Source of the DNA: Lingula anatina
Lineage: Eukaryota > Animalia > Brachiopoda
DNA: 64,000 nt
NCBI GenBank assembly: GCA_051362555.1
Contig: CM120641.1
Location: 6,324,001-6,388,000 of the forward strand
Direction of reading: 5' to 3'
Shown in pieces: positions 25,902 to 38,800 of this stretch. Every line of letters begins with the position of its first letter. Within the stretch, counting starts at the first letter, position 1. Both the position numbers and the translations under genes were made by a program. The notes under the pieces are model-generated. The model ran no database searches. It was given only the letters and a program-made list of their open reading frames with translations, and had not been told where the DNA came from.

Positions 25902-28205
25902 TTACTGATGATCTAAATCTGAATACTGCAGATATTTTTTCAGCGGTGTTGGCAATGGCAAGTGATCAGTTTTGTTTTTGTATGAGGCCACTTTCTTTCC
26001 TCTGGCAATTCTTGTATAGTCATGCTGGTACAAACATTCTGCAATACAAGTTCTGGCTATTTCCAATAATGGGCGTGGTCTACTGATGACATCCTGACAC
26101 CAGATAGACAACTCGTCACAGGCCTCTCCGACCACGCCCTCTTGAAACAGGACTCGAATGGCATTGGGACTCCACCCGGCGCAGACCAGGATTTTGGCGA
26201 GTCTGAGGTTTCCAACGTATATTACAGAGGACAGAAGATCCACTTGCTTCATGTGCTTATTAATGTGACACCCAGCTTGAATTAGGCTTTTTGCAACTTC
26301 TGCGTTGTTATTTGTTACTGCCACCATCAAGGGCACTTGCTCCTGTTTCTTAGGAGTGTCAAAAATTGCCGTGCCTTGTTCTAGATACAAGTCGTAACCA
26401 TCTGGATTAGCTCCGTGTTCTAACAGAAGTTTAACACATTCGGTATAATTTTTGACAACGGCGTAGTGGAAAGCATCTTTTTGATGGGAAGTCGTGAGTG
26501 TTATGTCCGCTCCCGCTTTTAATAATACTTTTAGAACTTCTGGGTTATTTCTCTGAGTCGCGTGTATCAGAGGCGTCACGTACCAACCATCTCGGTAATT
26601 CACGTTTGCCCCTGCTGCCAGCAGTTCCCTAACGCAATTCGCTTTGCCAGTTGCGCTTGCTCTTAAAATGGCAACATTCAAATCCCTGTTTCGTTCAGCC
26701 TCTGGTGTCTCCTGTCCCCGAGATCTCTGAGTTTTAATCAGAAGTTTTACCACTGCCACATGCCCCCTGGCTGCGGCCACAGTGAGCGGGGTGTCCCCGT
26801 ACTCGTCTATAATGTTGACTTTGGCGCCCTTGTCGACCAATAACTCGGTCACTTTGAAGTTCCCATGGTAAGCTGACGCGTGGATGGGAACTCTTCCTTT
26901 ACTTCCCAGCATGTTCACGTCACCTCCTTTCTCGATTAGAAGTTTTCCTATTCGTCCATAGTTGTTGTTTATTGCCAATTTCAGCGGAGAGTCGCCATCC
27001 ATGTCTAAGGCGTTTGGATCTCCTCCTGGATGGAACGATTCAATAGATAACATACAGCCAAATATATATAATGTACAGTTAAAAATGAAGTGACACGATT
27101 GATCTTTAAAAAATTATTCAAGTGTTTCTGATCTCGTCTTAAATATCTAATTATTAATGACGGATAAATTGAAAATTGACATGGCAATCGATTTTCAGGG
27201 GAAACTGACAATTTACACGAAATGAAAATATATTTTCGTCTTTTCTAGGACACATTGAAAAATTAATAAAGAGAGAAAGAAAGGGTGAGGGGCAAATATA
27301 TATCAATAAACCTTACTCCACCCTCAGTGTCAGTCTTTATTGGGAACTCTCCTCTACAGCAAGCACCATAATGCGGATCCACGTAATCTGAGGTCGTCTT
27401 ACCTGCACTGAGAAGGTATTCCACGCATTTAAAGTTCCCCATGTTGGCTGCTCTCATTAAACCTTCATTGACGTTTTCTTTTGTGACTTCTCCGAACTTC
27501 CCCCTGAGCGCCTTAGTCAGCAACTCAAGGTCTCCCTTGGAAGCAGCATTTACAATAACGCTGAAACAAAAATCTGAAAGATGGCAAATCCATAGAACCT
27601 AAGGAACCTTTTTCGTACAGTAACTCTCTCTGCCGAAAGAATCGTAATATTGTTAATCCAACTATATATAATGACAAAAAATATGCTTAAATTATTGACC
27701 TAAAGTTTTTGTTTATATGTTTGTTTTTTCAAGATAAAAAAACAATGGTTGACGATGCAAAAGAACAGCAAATTCACCATGTAAATGATTTGTTTCTTCT
27801 GACAGAAAATTGAGTCATTTTGGGTTTTAGCCAACATACGGTAACCGTCAGTCAAAACAAGTCGACTTATAAGCAATCTTATTTGCGTAAAGGCACAATT
27901 TAGTTCTGCACTGACTCTTTGCACCTTGTCTGTATTTTTTCTTTTCTTTTTTTCTTTTTCTCGTACCTGTTCCGTCGATGAGCTCATGCCCGACTGATTC
28001 GTCTACGCACTTGGATTTCTTCCAATGTTTACAATTTTGCTTCGATATTGAAGGTCCTACCTGCATTAATCTGTGTTTGCATACGAGGAATGTGCTTGAA
28101 TTTCAAAATAACGTATAATTTTAAAGGACACGTTTTTACAAATGCTATGGGCCTTTAAAGCTTAAATTTGATAGAGTTGAAGTAAAACTCTACTTACGCG
28201 CTCAT
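25902..28205 (-). CDS. Ankyrin repeat and SOCS box-containing (ASB-like) protein, 3 coding exons, 429 aa
   Basis: Exons 28205-28198 (ATGAGCGC|gtaagt), 27560-27403 and 27025-25902 total 1290 nt in frame. Starts MSAVIVNAASKGDLELL. Repeated ankyrin motifs (GDSPLKLA, GDTPLTVAAARGHVAVVKLLI, TPLIHA..LLKAGAD). C-terminal SOCS box PRPLLEIARTCI...LPLPTPLKKYL. Confidence 0.9.
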
Positions 28206-28884
28206 CCTTGTTTCTGCTGATTTTCAAGGTTTTCACCTTGATGGATACTTGCCAACTTGTATTGGGTTCTTCTCGTATTGCAAGCGGATTAAGGTTAACT
28301 CCTCAGCCTCGTATATGAAATGTTTGTCTGGTTAACACATGGGGAAACCTTTTATACCGTAGGTAAATCTGATTTGAAGGACATGGCGTTATCTGCGCAG
28401 TAGCAGAAAAGCTTTATTTATATAATTCGCCTTAGATCTCACCATCTACTGGTAGTTTAAATAGTTACAATAAGTTATTTTAAAGGGATAACAACTGTTC
28501 GTATGAGATTCATATTACACACACACAAACACACACATCTTAAACAACTCATAGAAATATAATAAATTCCATTTATCAACAAATTAAACCAGCGGTTATT
28601 GCAATTATCCTGGAATCTGTGTTTCAAACCACGTGGACCTTCATAGATGGGTTACACCCAAGAGATTATTATAAAAGAAGAAAAAAGAAAAGAAAAAAAA
28701 CCTGGGTTTCTACATGCCCTAAATTCTTTCATTTTTAAAAGTAAAATTAACCATTATTTAGAAGGAAAAGCAAAAGAAAAAATCTTAGAATACAAAGATG
28801 TTGAAAAATGGTCTACTCGTCGGCCTATCGGTAGGCTGGTTAGGCCCCTTGCAAGGACCTTAGTCAAGTTTTATTTGGCAGATG

Positions 28885-28930
28885 CAGGGGCGGATCTAGG
28901 ATTATTTGAAGGGGGGGGGGGTCCGTGACA
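28885..28930 (+). mobile_element. Solo left end of a CAGGGGCGGAT-type MITE
   Basis: caggggcggatctaggattatttgaa followed by a G-run, with the same terminus as the 10027-10194 family. No matching right end seen. Confidence 0.5.
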
Positions 28931-29013
28931 CGATTCTCTGATGTTGTGCTGAAGAAAAATGCACGTGGTACAAGTAGGCCACTAGAGGGTATAGCCGAAA
29001 GGCATCCTAGCTA

Positions 29014-29145
29014 AGTTTCAGACGACATTGAAAACTCACCTCTCTACTATCACATTCAGCATCCCAGGCATCCCAGGCATGAAAACAGACCACGACAAAA
29101 GCATGCTGATAGTAGAGAGGTGAATTTCTAGTGTCCTCTGAAACT
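29014..29145. mobile_element. ~130-bp inverted-repeat (hairpin) element, probable MITE
   Basis: agtttcagacgacattgaaaactcacctctctactatca pairs with tgatagtagagaggtgaatttctagtgtcctctgaaact (~40-bp arms, few mismatches). The loop contains a tandem gcatcccag duplication. Confidence 0.75.
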
Positions 29146-29421
29146 ATGATGCGATACGGCCCAAAAGACAGCATTTGTGACATCAGACAGCTGCGTCACT
29201 TTTTTCACACTTGTATTGTCGAATCCTTGGACTTAAAAACAACGTTCAAAGCAATCTATATATAAAGGTTGATGCAAAACAAGACAACAGCCCTACTAGC
29301 TCCAACTCGACAGTCTACTTGTACAGTCTCCGTATTATGCGACGTTACAGTCACAGGATTGCGACAGGTGTCCCTCTTCGATTGTGTTACTGACCAAGGA
29401 CAAGGTCGTTGAACTAGGAAG

Positions 29422-30796
29422 ATGCAAGCCAAAAACAATAATGACCCGTGGGTTCCACTGAACGGCAAACAAACCATAAAATGTGTGAATATGCCACCAG
29501 AAAATGCCCACGAACAGAACATGCTAACGTCTGATGAGTACATAGCCAAGCTAGGTAAATTTTAAAGACCGCTTGAGGAAAGTCTTCTCTCATTTGATCA
29601 TAAATGCAGTGTGGACAAATTGTATACTGATGTTAGGAATGGTAGTCTTATGAATGGAAGTCCAGGGTCCCATGTTATAAGTACAGGTTAGGGTTAGTTG
29701 GAGTATTGACGTTAGAATATGAGACGAATGTCACCTGTACAAATTTTAATTTTATTAAAATAGCGGACTACTAGTAGCTACCACTCCTGTGATGTCTTGT
29801 CAGTGTGTCACGCCGTCAGTGATGAATCATTACAATATCAATAGTGGAACAAACAACTGCAAAATTTATACACAACTTTTACATGAAACAGCAATTGGAT
29901 TATGTTGTATACTGAATATATTGTAATGTCATACGTACCATTTGCCAGTGTCCTGCAGTCAAGCAGCCGTACCAAAAAATATTTAGGCTACTGTAGCCCT
30001 TTTGGGCAATTAATGAGGGCCTAAAAGTTGGACTAGTTTTAGGGATTGTTCAGAACGTTTTATGTTAACATAGCTAATGTGCACTAACTCCATGGGGACT
30101 CTCACAAAATGCAATCAGATTAAAAGACCTACATGTCTCCTCTTGTGTGCAAAGTACTCATAATCACCAGCTTTTCTGTATAATTCTACTCAATTCCAGG
30201 AGGTGTGTTAGTGTGTTAGTCTGTTAATCTGATAACATTCAGTGAGAGTCCCTTAATTGTTCTGAATGTGCTCGATCTAAGGTAGATCAACCTTATTAAG
30301 AATTACTGCCATCTACTATGAAGATTGTTTTATTTCATAAGCCTTATATTTCATAGCTTTGACAGGAACTAGTACATCTTTATGTGACAAACTGAATATC
30401 CTTGATGACAGTCAGTGTTTGACTTATTTTTTAGAGGCAAAACTGAAACGGATGCAGAAGAGTAAAACTGGTCCATCCTCCAAGGACATTATAAACAGTT
30501 TAGCTGAAGTGAAGGAACACCAACTGAATTCCATGGTGCAGGACACCATTACTCCATATGTGACATGTCTTGAGGATTCACAAAGTAGTAACACTTCTGA
30601 GTTGAGTGTATCCTTCTTGCAGAAGAGACTTTATCCAGAGAGACAAGCTTTGACAACAGAGGAACTGCAGCAATTAATTGCAAATGATGAACTTGCCAAA
30701 CGTATTTTAGAGGATGATGTTTCTGATGGTGATGTTGAGAAAAGACAACTATCTGAGGCAGAATATCAGGATCCAAACTCTAGCTCTGGCTCATGA
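29422..30796 (+). CDS. CCDC32: Coiled-coil domain-containing protein 32 (C15orf57 homologue; AP-2 adaptor assembly factor), 2 exons, 164 aa
   Basis: Exons 29422-29554 (..CTAG|gtaaat) and 30435-30796 (tttttag|AG) total 495 nt in frame. Motifs DPW, SDEYIAKLEAKLKRMQ, SSKDIINSLAEVK and LQKRLYPERQALTTEELQQLI match my recollection of CCDC32 (DPW, DSEVYLASLEKKLRRIK, TSKDMLRTLAQAK, LKRWLQPDKVAVSTEEVQYLI). Confidence 0.85.
30041..30310. mobile_element. Foldback MITE in the CCDC32 intron
   Basis: gggactctcac (30095) / gtgagagtccc (30242) and atcagattaaaagac (30114) / gtctgttaatctgat (30219) are inverted pairs. A second partial copy lies at 11261-11420. Outer ends are approximate. Confidence 0.65.
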
Positions 30797-33700
30797 TCAT
30801 TAATAAACATTGTGACTATTTATGAAAATTGTGGAAGTTGGTACATAAAGGTAACTACTATAGTCTACTGCTACAGTTTGTATTTGGGAGCATATGTGAT
30901 AGAGAATTGATAGAATTCATTGTATTTCCTGCATTGTTCATTCGAAGAATATCCTCAACTAATTATGTTTCGATCCTACCTGTACAAACTCATACTTGTG
31001 ACGTTATGTGTTTTGTTTTGAATAACTGGGAGAAATTTGATTAAAAGGAAAATTTTTTAGAGCTGTTTGTTTTATTTCCCCCAACTCATATATATTTTAT
31101 ATATTTTATTAATGTCAAACACAATGTTTTGCATATAAGCTGCCAAATAAGTAATATGTAAAATGAAATAAAGCTATAAAATTGCTGAGTGTACATTGTG
31201 TTTGCAATTTGCAAATTACATGTATGCACTTCAAATAAATGTGATATTCCAAAGTTAATTTTGCAGTTAATGTGATAAAATATAACTTTTAAATTGACGG
31301 AAACTTTATTTACCAAAGCATATTATGTAATTAGTTTACAAAAAGATCAACATACACTGTACATAGTTTTCACTCCGTTTTTAAAAATCTATCACCAGAC
31401 TGACAATTTAGTCTGAAGAGATATGACAATGTTGCTTTCCCACCACAGAAACTTGGTCAACAAGACTTAAATTGGAAGACCTATAATATAATTTTTGACT
31501 TCATTTGTTAAAAATTCAACTGGGTGACCAATTTAATCAGTATTATCTTAGGATATTTGATTAATGGGCCTTCAGTTTAAATCTTAACATTAAATGCCCT
31601 TTTCCAATACTTCTTTTATTGAGATAATTGTATGTTACAAAGGTACAGTCAGGTTTTCCAGAAGCAGTCCTGTGGGTCTGCCCAAAAAAAGAAACCGTCG
31701 ATGAAAAACTGGCAATGCAGTAGATGAGATATAGAAGCACCACTACCACATTGAGTTAGCAGTTTGCACTGTTTTGGGTGAAGCGAAATGTCCTACAGTG
31801 TCTTGTACAAGAATGCTTGTTAATTTTTTTTTTGTTGTTGTTTCTTAAAAATAAAAGACCCTGTCTGTTCTAATATGAAAAAGTACTTTTTAATTATTTT
31901 ATTATTCATTATTTCTTGTTTGAGATTTGACTTCCAAAATATTTTTGTAGAAACAGAATACTCAATGTGCAGACCTATACAGCCATGTACGGCTGTATCA
32001 GGACCCTGTATTTTTTGCTATCTCTGCTAAATTAAGATACCATTGTCTTTATTGGAGTCCAAAATAGCATCCTCCGACACTGAATGCAGTGATCTATCCT
32101 GAGCTTAAAGGGCACATAGAAATGTGATCCTTATGATGCTCCACATCATTCTATTTATGATTCAAAGTTAGCAAAGAAATGGCGTTGTATATACTATTAT
32201 TGAAGCAGTAACCATAGGTAAAGGAATTATAGTTGGGAAGGTTGGGAAACAAAGTCCACACACACAGACTTTTTAACCCTTGGTAAGAGGTATTATCTTT
32301 CCAAATATTTCAATAAACAACTGTTTATGATTGTTCATGAATAACATGTCAATGTCAAGATACAGATAAAGAAAGAGGTCATTCACAAATATGGGTATAT
32401 TGGAGTTCTATCAATTGGGTGCATTTAGCACTGGAAAAATAGACCCTCAAATGCTTAAATTATTTTTTTTAATCCAAGGGGGAAGGGAGCTCCTTAGCTG
32501 TCTTTGATAAGAATAGACCTACACTAATGAGAAAACTGCAAATCAAACGATACTCCTTTATGCCAATAATAGAGATGATTCTTATCACTTGTCATTTTGG
32601 GGCACATTATCATCTATTATGTTGGACTTCAAAGGCAAGATGGTGTGACAGGGCACATGGTTGATTGGTCCTACCCATGGAATTAGCATCTTTATTATCA
32701 TTGGTCTGAGTTTAATCATTGAGATTGTCTTTTGACATCCTTATTATTTGGGTGCTGAATTGTGTAGGTCATATGGAAGTTTCCTTATATTTCCCTAACA
32801 TAAACCAAGTGCTTTTTTTATCTTCTATTGTATATTTGGTGTCGGTAGTCATTGAAATCACATATATACTGGTATATGCAACATATATAGGTTATGTTTT
32901 GCTTTGTATAATGTACTTTTAAAACTTTTCATATAACTATCTAATTATTAAATTATTTGTTAATTCATTTTGGGGTATACAGTTTTAGTGCATAGCTTAC
33001 AAATAGACCCATGTAAGAATTGCTGCAAACAAGAAAGAGAAAGGGTTATTATAATAGACATGTCATACAGGAAGTCCGTGATAGTATTATATTATAGGAA
33101 GTTGTGGTTTTTTATATCAGTAGTTTATCTTCTTAAAACAAATTTAGCTTACAATTGTAGTGTTGATGGCTATATTTCTAATAATAAGATTGAAAATAAA
33201 TGACACTGAACTATTAATTGATGTCAAAAGTAAAACACTTTGACATATAAAATGTCAGGAAATGATTCTCGTTTGTGGTTTTGGATCCTTTTATATCTTA
33301 AGAAGAATAAAGAAATGCATTGTACATGTTTTTTTAAGCCACCCAAAATTGTTTATATATTTATTTTTGTCATGAATGTAAGGGCATGGTGGGCGTATGA
33401 TTAAAAAATATGTTTTGTATTTTTTTTTTCATTTGTGATGATCTCAAACAGAAATGCATTACCAAATTCAGCATTTATGGGCTTTTTTGTATGATCTCAA
33501 ACTTAAATGTTTTTAAAACTAAAATCTTTTGAAAAGTCCATTTACAGAGAGTTAAATGTAAGTCATATATGCAAATTAATCACAAAACTTGCTACAGTTT
33601 GAATACAAAAATTTGCCCCTTTATCTTTGTGTTGAATGTTCAGTTTATTTGTAGCTGTAGAAAGACACTATACAAAGTCTCATAGTTTGCTTGCGGTGTT

Positions 33701-35228
33701 TTAAATGTGTAAAAGACATTTGAGTACATTTATAATAGAATATATTCAATGTTGGTTTATATAGGAGAAAAATTCTATAAATGTATCTTGCCTTTCAAAG
33801 AACAACATTTTCTTTTTATGTTAAATTTTAGTCTTCAAAGATTGTCCATAAGAGGTATAATGATGCTAGTGGTTGAAAGAATTACTGTAATTTTACTTTG
33901 CATTATGGTTCGTTGATAAAAGCATATGAAACTCCTTCAAATGTGCACAGGTGTTTTAAGTCTTTAGGGTAAAAACCTATTGTATTCTTTCTTGAATCCT
34001 ACTTTACACATGGTTTATGATTGTTACCTGTTACTTTAGCCTGAAGTTATTAGGACTTAAAGAAGAAAAAGATCAAAAACCTGGGTGAAAAGATGAGTGA
34101 CTTTTACTGCAGGGAATATGAAAATTGGATGATCAGAGCTCATCATTCACAGAACATATGTGATTAATGACAGGGGAAGAAAAAAAGTGAAAAAACATGT
34201 CTATTTTATTGCTTTCTTTAAAAAACAGCAAAATGCAAGAGAATTTGAGGATGGTACTGTGCAGTTTAATTGGTACTGTATCATTGTATCAAGGATTTGT
34301 TTTCAGGAATCCATACAGAACAGCATATAAGTGTTATGGATTATCTGTAAAAAGTCCAAATGATATTGTCTTACAGTCTGTATGGACTGTGTCACACAGT
34401 TGATTTTATAAAACTGCTCACAATTGAGAATTGCCATGAACTTCTTTATTAATTATAATTTGGTCTCAAACATATCTCATGAACTGGGTGTGGTGTGGAT
34501 ACATCATACAAAGATGGCAAAGTGACATGTGAAACAAATGTCTTTAGGCATAATTTTGATTTACATAAATTTGTGATTTACAGTTTGTTTTTGTCTACAC
34601 TAGGGCTTAGCAAACATGGTTTGATGGACAGTTGCAATTCACACATTTTTTCATCTATTAAGAAGGTACATGTACCTGTTCTTTATTCATGATGACACCA
34701 GTTTTGTTTGCAAATCAAAATCATATCTGTAAGTAAAACATATTTGATAAAGGGATATATATTCTAAAGATCCAAATTTGCTAATTAATAGGATGCCATA
34801 TTGAATTTTTGTGCCAAAAAGTACTTTTTTGACAAAATTCATGTTAAATCTTCACTCACTGTATGTAGGTTTGATCCCTGGAAGAGGCAGACAATTTAAA
34901 TGATTAGTCATCATAATCTCAAGTTTAGCACACCTTGATGAAAGGGTGGAATTAATCCTTTCTCTGTTTAGGTGTATCACATGAGTGGCTTTGCCTTGAG
35001 GTAGTTTTGCTTGACATATGGCATGATGATATGGAGTGTGTTTGCAGGGGGGCTGGAAGAGAGGGTGTTAGTACGTACCTCGTATTCTTGAATAAGAATC
35101 TGTGCATATTAAATTTCTTCATTTTTGATGTAATTAATTATTGCGTCAGTGTCTCATTCTGGAGCTCAACTCAGCTTGGCATGGAATTTACTTCTTAGTG
35201 AACTAATTTATCTCTTTTAAGTCTCTTA

Positions 35229-35840
35229 TTAATCTCTCCAAGTTTTGAAAGAGCACATCTCTAAATTTTCAGTTAACCCCAACTACCCCCTTCCCCCGTC
35301 AGACTGAGAGAACCATTGTTATTGGTCAATTTAAAATTTTTTTTTTTTTGCAGTTTGCGATCATCAGCCACAGATTTGTGATTGCAAATATCAAATTAAC
35401 AACACCCTAACCATGATATCGTGGTGGGAACATAAAATTCGTATTTGCGAACACCACATAAAAAAGCATGAACAATTTAGCCAGCTTTCACCTGGGTCTC
35501 TCGATGTTTACATATGATTTCTTTCTAAACCCCTGCTACTTTCAATACAGGAGTTACGTGCTCTCGACAATCTCTTGCACATACGAAATAGTAGGCAATG
35601 GTGTTGCTCTTTTCTGATGCCTGCGAACACTAATTTTACATTAATGCCATGATATTGTGATTTGAGTCAGTAATTCAGCATTCGCAATCACAAACCCGAG
35701 GCTTGAGATCATCGACAGCTAATTCATTTATAACGCCTGTAATTTATTTTTGTTAAAATGTGGTTGTACTTGTTAACCAGGCTTTCTCATTTGAGGTAGG
35801 TGGTCTAATTTGGAGATGCAGTCCTATAACAAGAGATTAA
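35229..35840. mobile_element. Long degenerate palindrome / foldback element (centre ~35535)
   Basis: Inverted pairs sharing one centre: ttaatctct 35229 / agagattaa 35832; catctctaaatt 35256 / aatttggagatg 35807; tttgtgattgc 35375 / gcaatcacaaa 35684. Confidence 0.65.
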
Positions 35841-38800
35841 GTGTGAGATTAATGAAAATCTAGTCAGAAGACTAATGGAGGATTGTCAAGATAAGAGGAG
35901 CAGGGGCACCTCCTAAAGCACATTACATATCTCAGTCCTCTAATTAATCATGATTTAACCATCTGAACCATCATGTGCTCCTCTTAGGCAGTGTTTGACA
36001 ATGCTAATCACTGTCTCTGGTTCTCTTACCTGGTAGACCTTCGTTGATAACATCTCGAATCTCTTTCACAAGGACTTTCATGCTAACACATGAATGATTG
36101 TGTGATAGTTATGCAAGTTGGTTAGGACTTGTGAAACGCCATGTAGATGACATTATGGCTGACACCTTCATCAACTAAGAAATTTTCTTAAAATACTGTA
36201 ACATTTCTATTTTGTTATATTCTTGTTAAATTAAAACACAGATATATATAGAATGAATTTTCAATAGACTGGAAAATAGGTGTTTCCTTGGATTGAAAAA
36301 CATCTTAACAAATTTTTTTTGCCATTTTAACTTTGATTTAAGCTACTTGCTTATTTAAAATGTAAACAATATCTCAAAACCAACTCACTGCAGTTGCTGC
36401 TTTGTTTTCTTTTGGATTTATTTGCTATCCATACCCAAAAAAACACTTCACAGTCACTTTTTAGCTTATTTTTTATCTCTTGTTTGCAAAAAGTGAAATA
36501 TAGAAGCACTTTGGAGAGGCCGCTAGCATGACTGCTTTAATTATTTTACCCCATGCATGGACTCTGATTGATCTATTTACAAACAATAAAGTTCAAAAGG
36601 AGACCGATCATTTTTTAATCAGTGCAAGTTTACAAGCATTTATGGAAGTAAATCAATCTCCTGATCTGAATTATATTTTTCTAAAATAGTTCAAATATAT
36701 ATTTAATTCAGTGCAGTGGTATGGAAGTAATTTTTTTAGTAAATGTTTTTAAGTAAATGTCAACATGCAGTTTGTTCAACTCCCATTTTCCCTGTGCTTT
36801 TTTTGACATTTATATACAGTGTGTCTTTCCTTTTTAAATACCAAACAGATGTTTAAGTCAAATCATTTTACAGACGACTATGTAATTATCAGAAAACTTA
36901 TTGCCCAAAAAATAAAATTGCAGTCGTTAAAGATCACTGTAAACTGGCTTGAAAAAAAAAAGAAGATTTTTCTGGGGTCTTCAACAATTTAGTATGACTT
37001 GACAACCATCATTTTACTCATTCCAAACTCAGAAGATCTCTCAAAAAATGCACTTTTCAAAACCACTTTATTATTTCACTTAGGTTATAAAATAAGGTAA
37101 AACAACTACAGGTATCCAATGCATTTTCACTTTCCCGAAAAAAAGCAGACCTTAATTATATGACTTCAGTGAGTTGCAGCATGTCTTCTAAGACCAAGAA
37201 AACAGGAAGATTTAAGACAACAAAAATCCCTTATGTATCTCTATTATTAAAAAAAATTATTGACCAAATATCTCCATTGCTGTTGTTTGGGAAATTAAGA
37301 AGAAATATATTTGGGAGTGTTCCATGAGTCTTTGAAACCATTCAACCATTGCTTTGCAGACATTTCTTGGAATACTTGGGATTTATTAGTAATTCCTAGA
37401 AAAATGAATGGCACATAAGGGGCAACTTGGCTGTAAATAACTTACAGCCAGTAGGGGTACAAGTGTATGTAAATGCTTTTGCTTACTGAAAGTATAATTT
37501 TATACTTTTTTGTTCTCTAAAAGCTATACGCTGATAATTTAATCATTACACTGGGGATTTGGAAATATTGAAATAGCTCTATCTGGCTTAAGGGCATCTT
37601 TGGGGTCAGCTTGTGCCTTAATTTGTTGATGCCTGGTCACACTGAAAATTGCTCATTCATTTGTATCCTTTTATTACTTATTAAGACCAATGGATTGCTA
37701 TAATCTTTGTTCTCAAAGACTGGCTGCTTTGCGTGTGGTAGCCATTATGAATCTGAATTAAATTTCTCTGTCATTGTGAAGATGTCCTTAAGAGTCGCTG
37801 GTTTCAGTCAAGGGCCCTCTGTCTCGACAGTTCATAAATGAGATGGATTTCTAGAACAAATTGACAAAAGATTTTTTCGGCTGATATTTTGCAAGTACTT
37901 ATGCCATTTAATATCAGTGGTCTAAAGGAGAAAAGAGCAGATTTGATGTATAATACACCCTTGTTCAAATAAGTTAATAGATTATGTGCTTGCACAACCT
38001 CAAGAATTTTCGACAAGAGAAGATCAGTTTTTAAACACTGATTTTCCTAAGATATGGGGGCAATTCTTATGGAGAATAAAAATCTGAACCTCCTGTGAAA
38101 ATTTTGTCATTGTAACTTAGTGGAGCAGAAGTGAAGGAGAAGAGTCCAATCTATTGAGGACACAGTGAGGCCAAGTAAAGAGTTCTCTCACCAAGTATTG
38201 GCCTCAGATTGTACTTCAGCTGTTACCCGATCTCTCTTTTCTTTCTTTCAAGCACCTTCTTCACTGGCTTCTGTGTATTCCTCCTATATTGACACTGAGA
38301 TTTGCTAGCATCATTACTGGTGATCTTCAAAAATACAAAACGGTTATTGTCGTCATGATTTTCTTTATTCGGGGATGAAAATTAAACCTTATTGAGATAC
38401 TGAGAGCAGGATTTGCAGAGGAAATGATAAGAATTATTTGTTAATTTATAAAAGCCACTAAAATGACATATGCCTGAAAGGGGGTAGAAGGAGGGGTATT
38501 TTTGGTTATTTTTTCACAGGACCAGTCTCATTTTTAATATCTTTTACAGCGCATCTGTTAAACTTTCCAATTTGGTATCCAAGGATAACATTTTTGTGAG
38601 CTATAATTGGCACAACTACTAAAGGTTCAATAAAGAAGGACTTTCTCTATAAGGATGCATTGTAAAAGCAAAGGATGACTTTTATACCATAACAAAAGAA
38701 AGCTTGTGGCACTTCAGTCTTTTGCTGGCCTTTCTTTCTCCATAACTTAAGTAGGGTCTTTATCTTGAATTGCTGAATTTGCTAACATTAATTACACATC

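Larger units (their letters stand above)
28206..29421. promoter_or_regulatory. Putative divergent (bidirectional) promoter region between the ASB-like gene and CCDC32
   Basis: The two start codons face away from each other 1.2 kb apart, and the region is visibly richer in CpG than the LYST body. Confidence 0.55.

Noticed and set aside
30359-30434. In-frame N-terminal extension of CCDC32 exon 2 (ILDDSQCLTYFLE resembles the LxDSxxYL motif)
   Set aside because: It has no ATG and ends in a normal acceptor (tttttag). Exon 1 supplies the better-matching SDEYIAKLE.
31977-31998. Short perfect hairpins (atacagcc/ggctgtat; also 38166-38207 and 57622-57645)
   Set aside because: Stems of 8-11 bp are expected by chance in 64 kb, and none has a supporting element context.
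34053-34168. Possible orphan terminal exon DLKKKKIKNLGEKMSDFYCREYENW...
   Set aside because: Weak acceptor, short, no recognisable homology and no partner exons found.
34997-35010. tgaggtag let-7-like seed (also at 35792)
   Set aside because: The following bases do not match let-7 and no precursor hairpin is evident.
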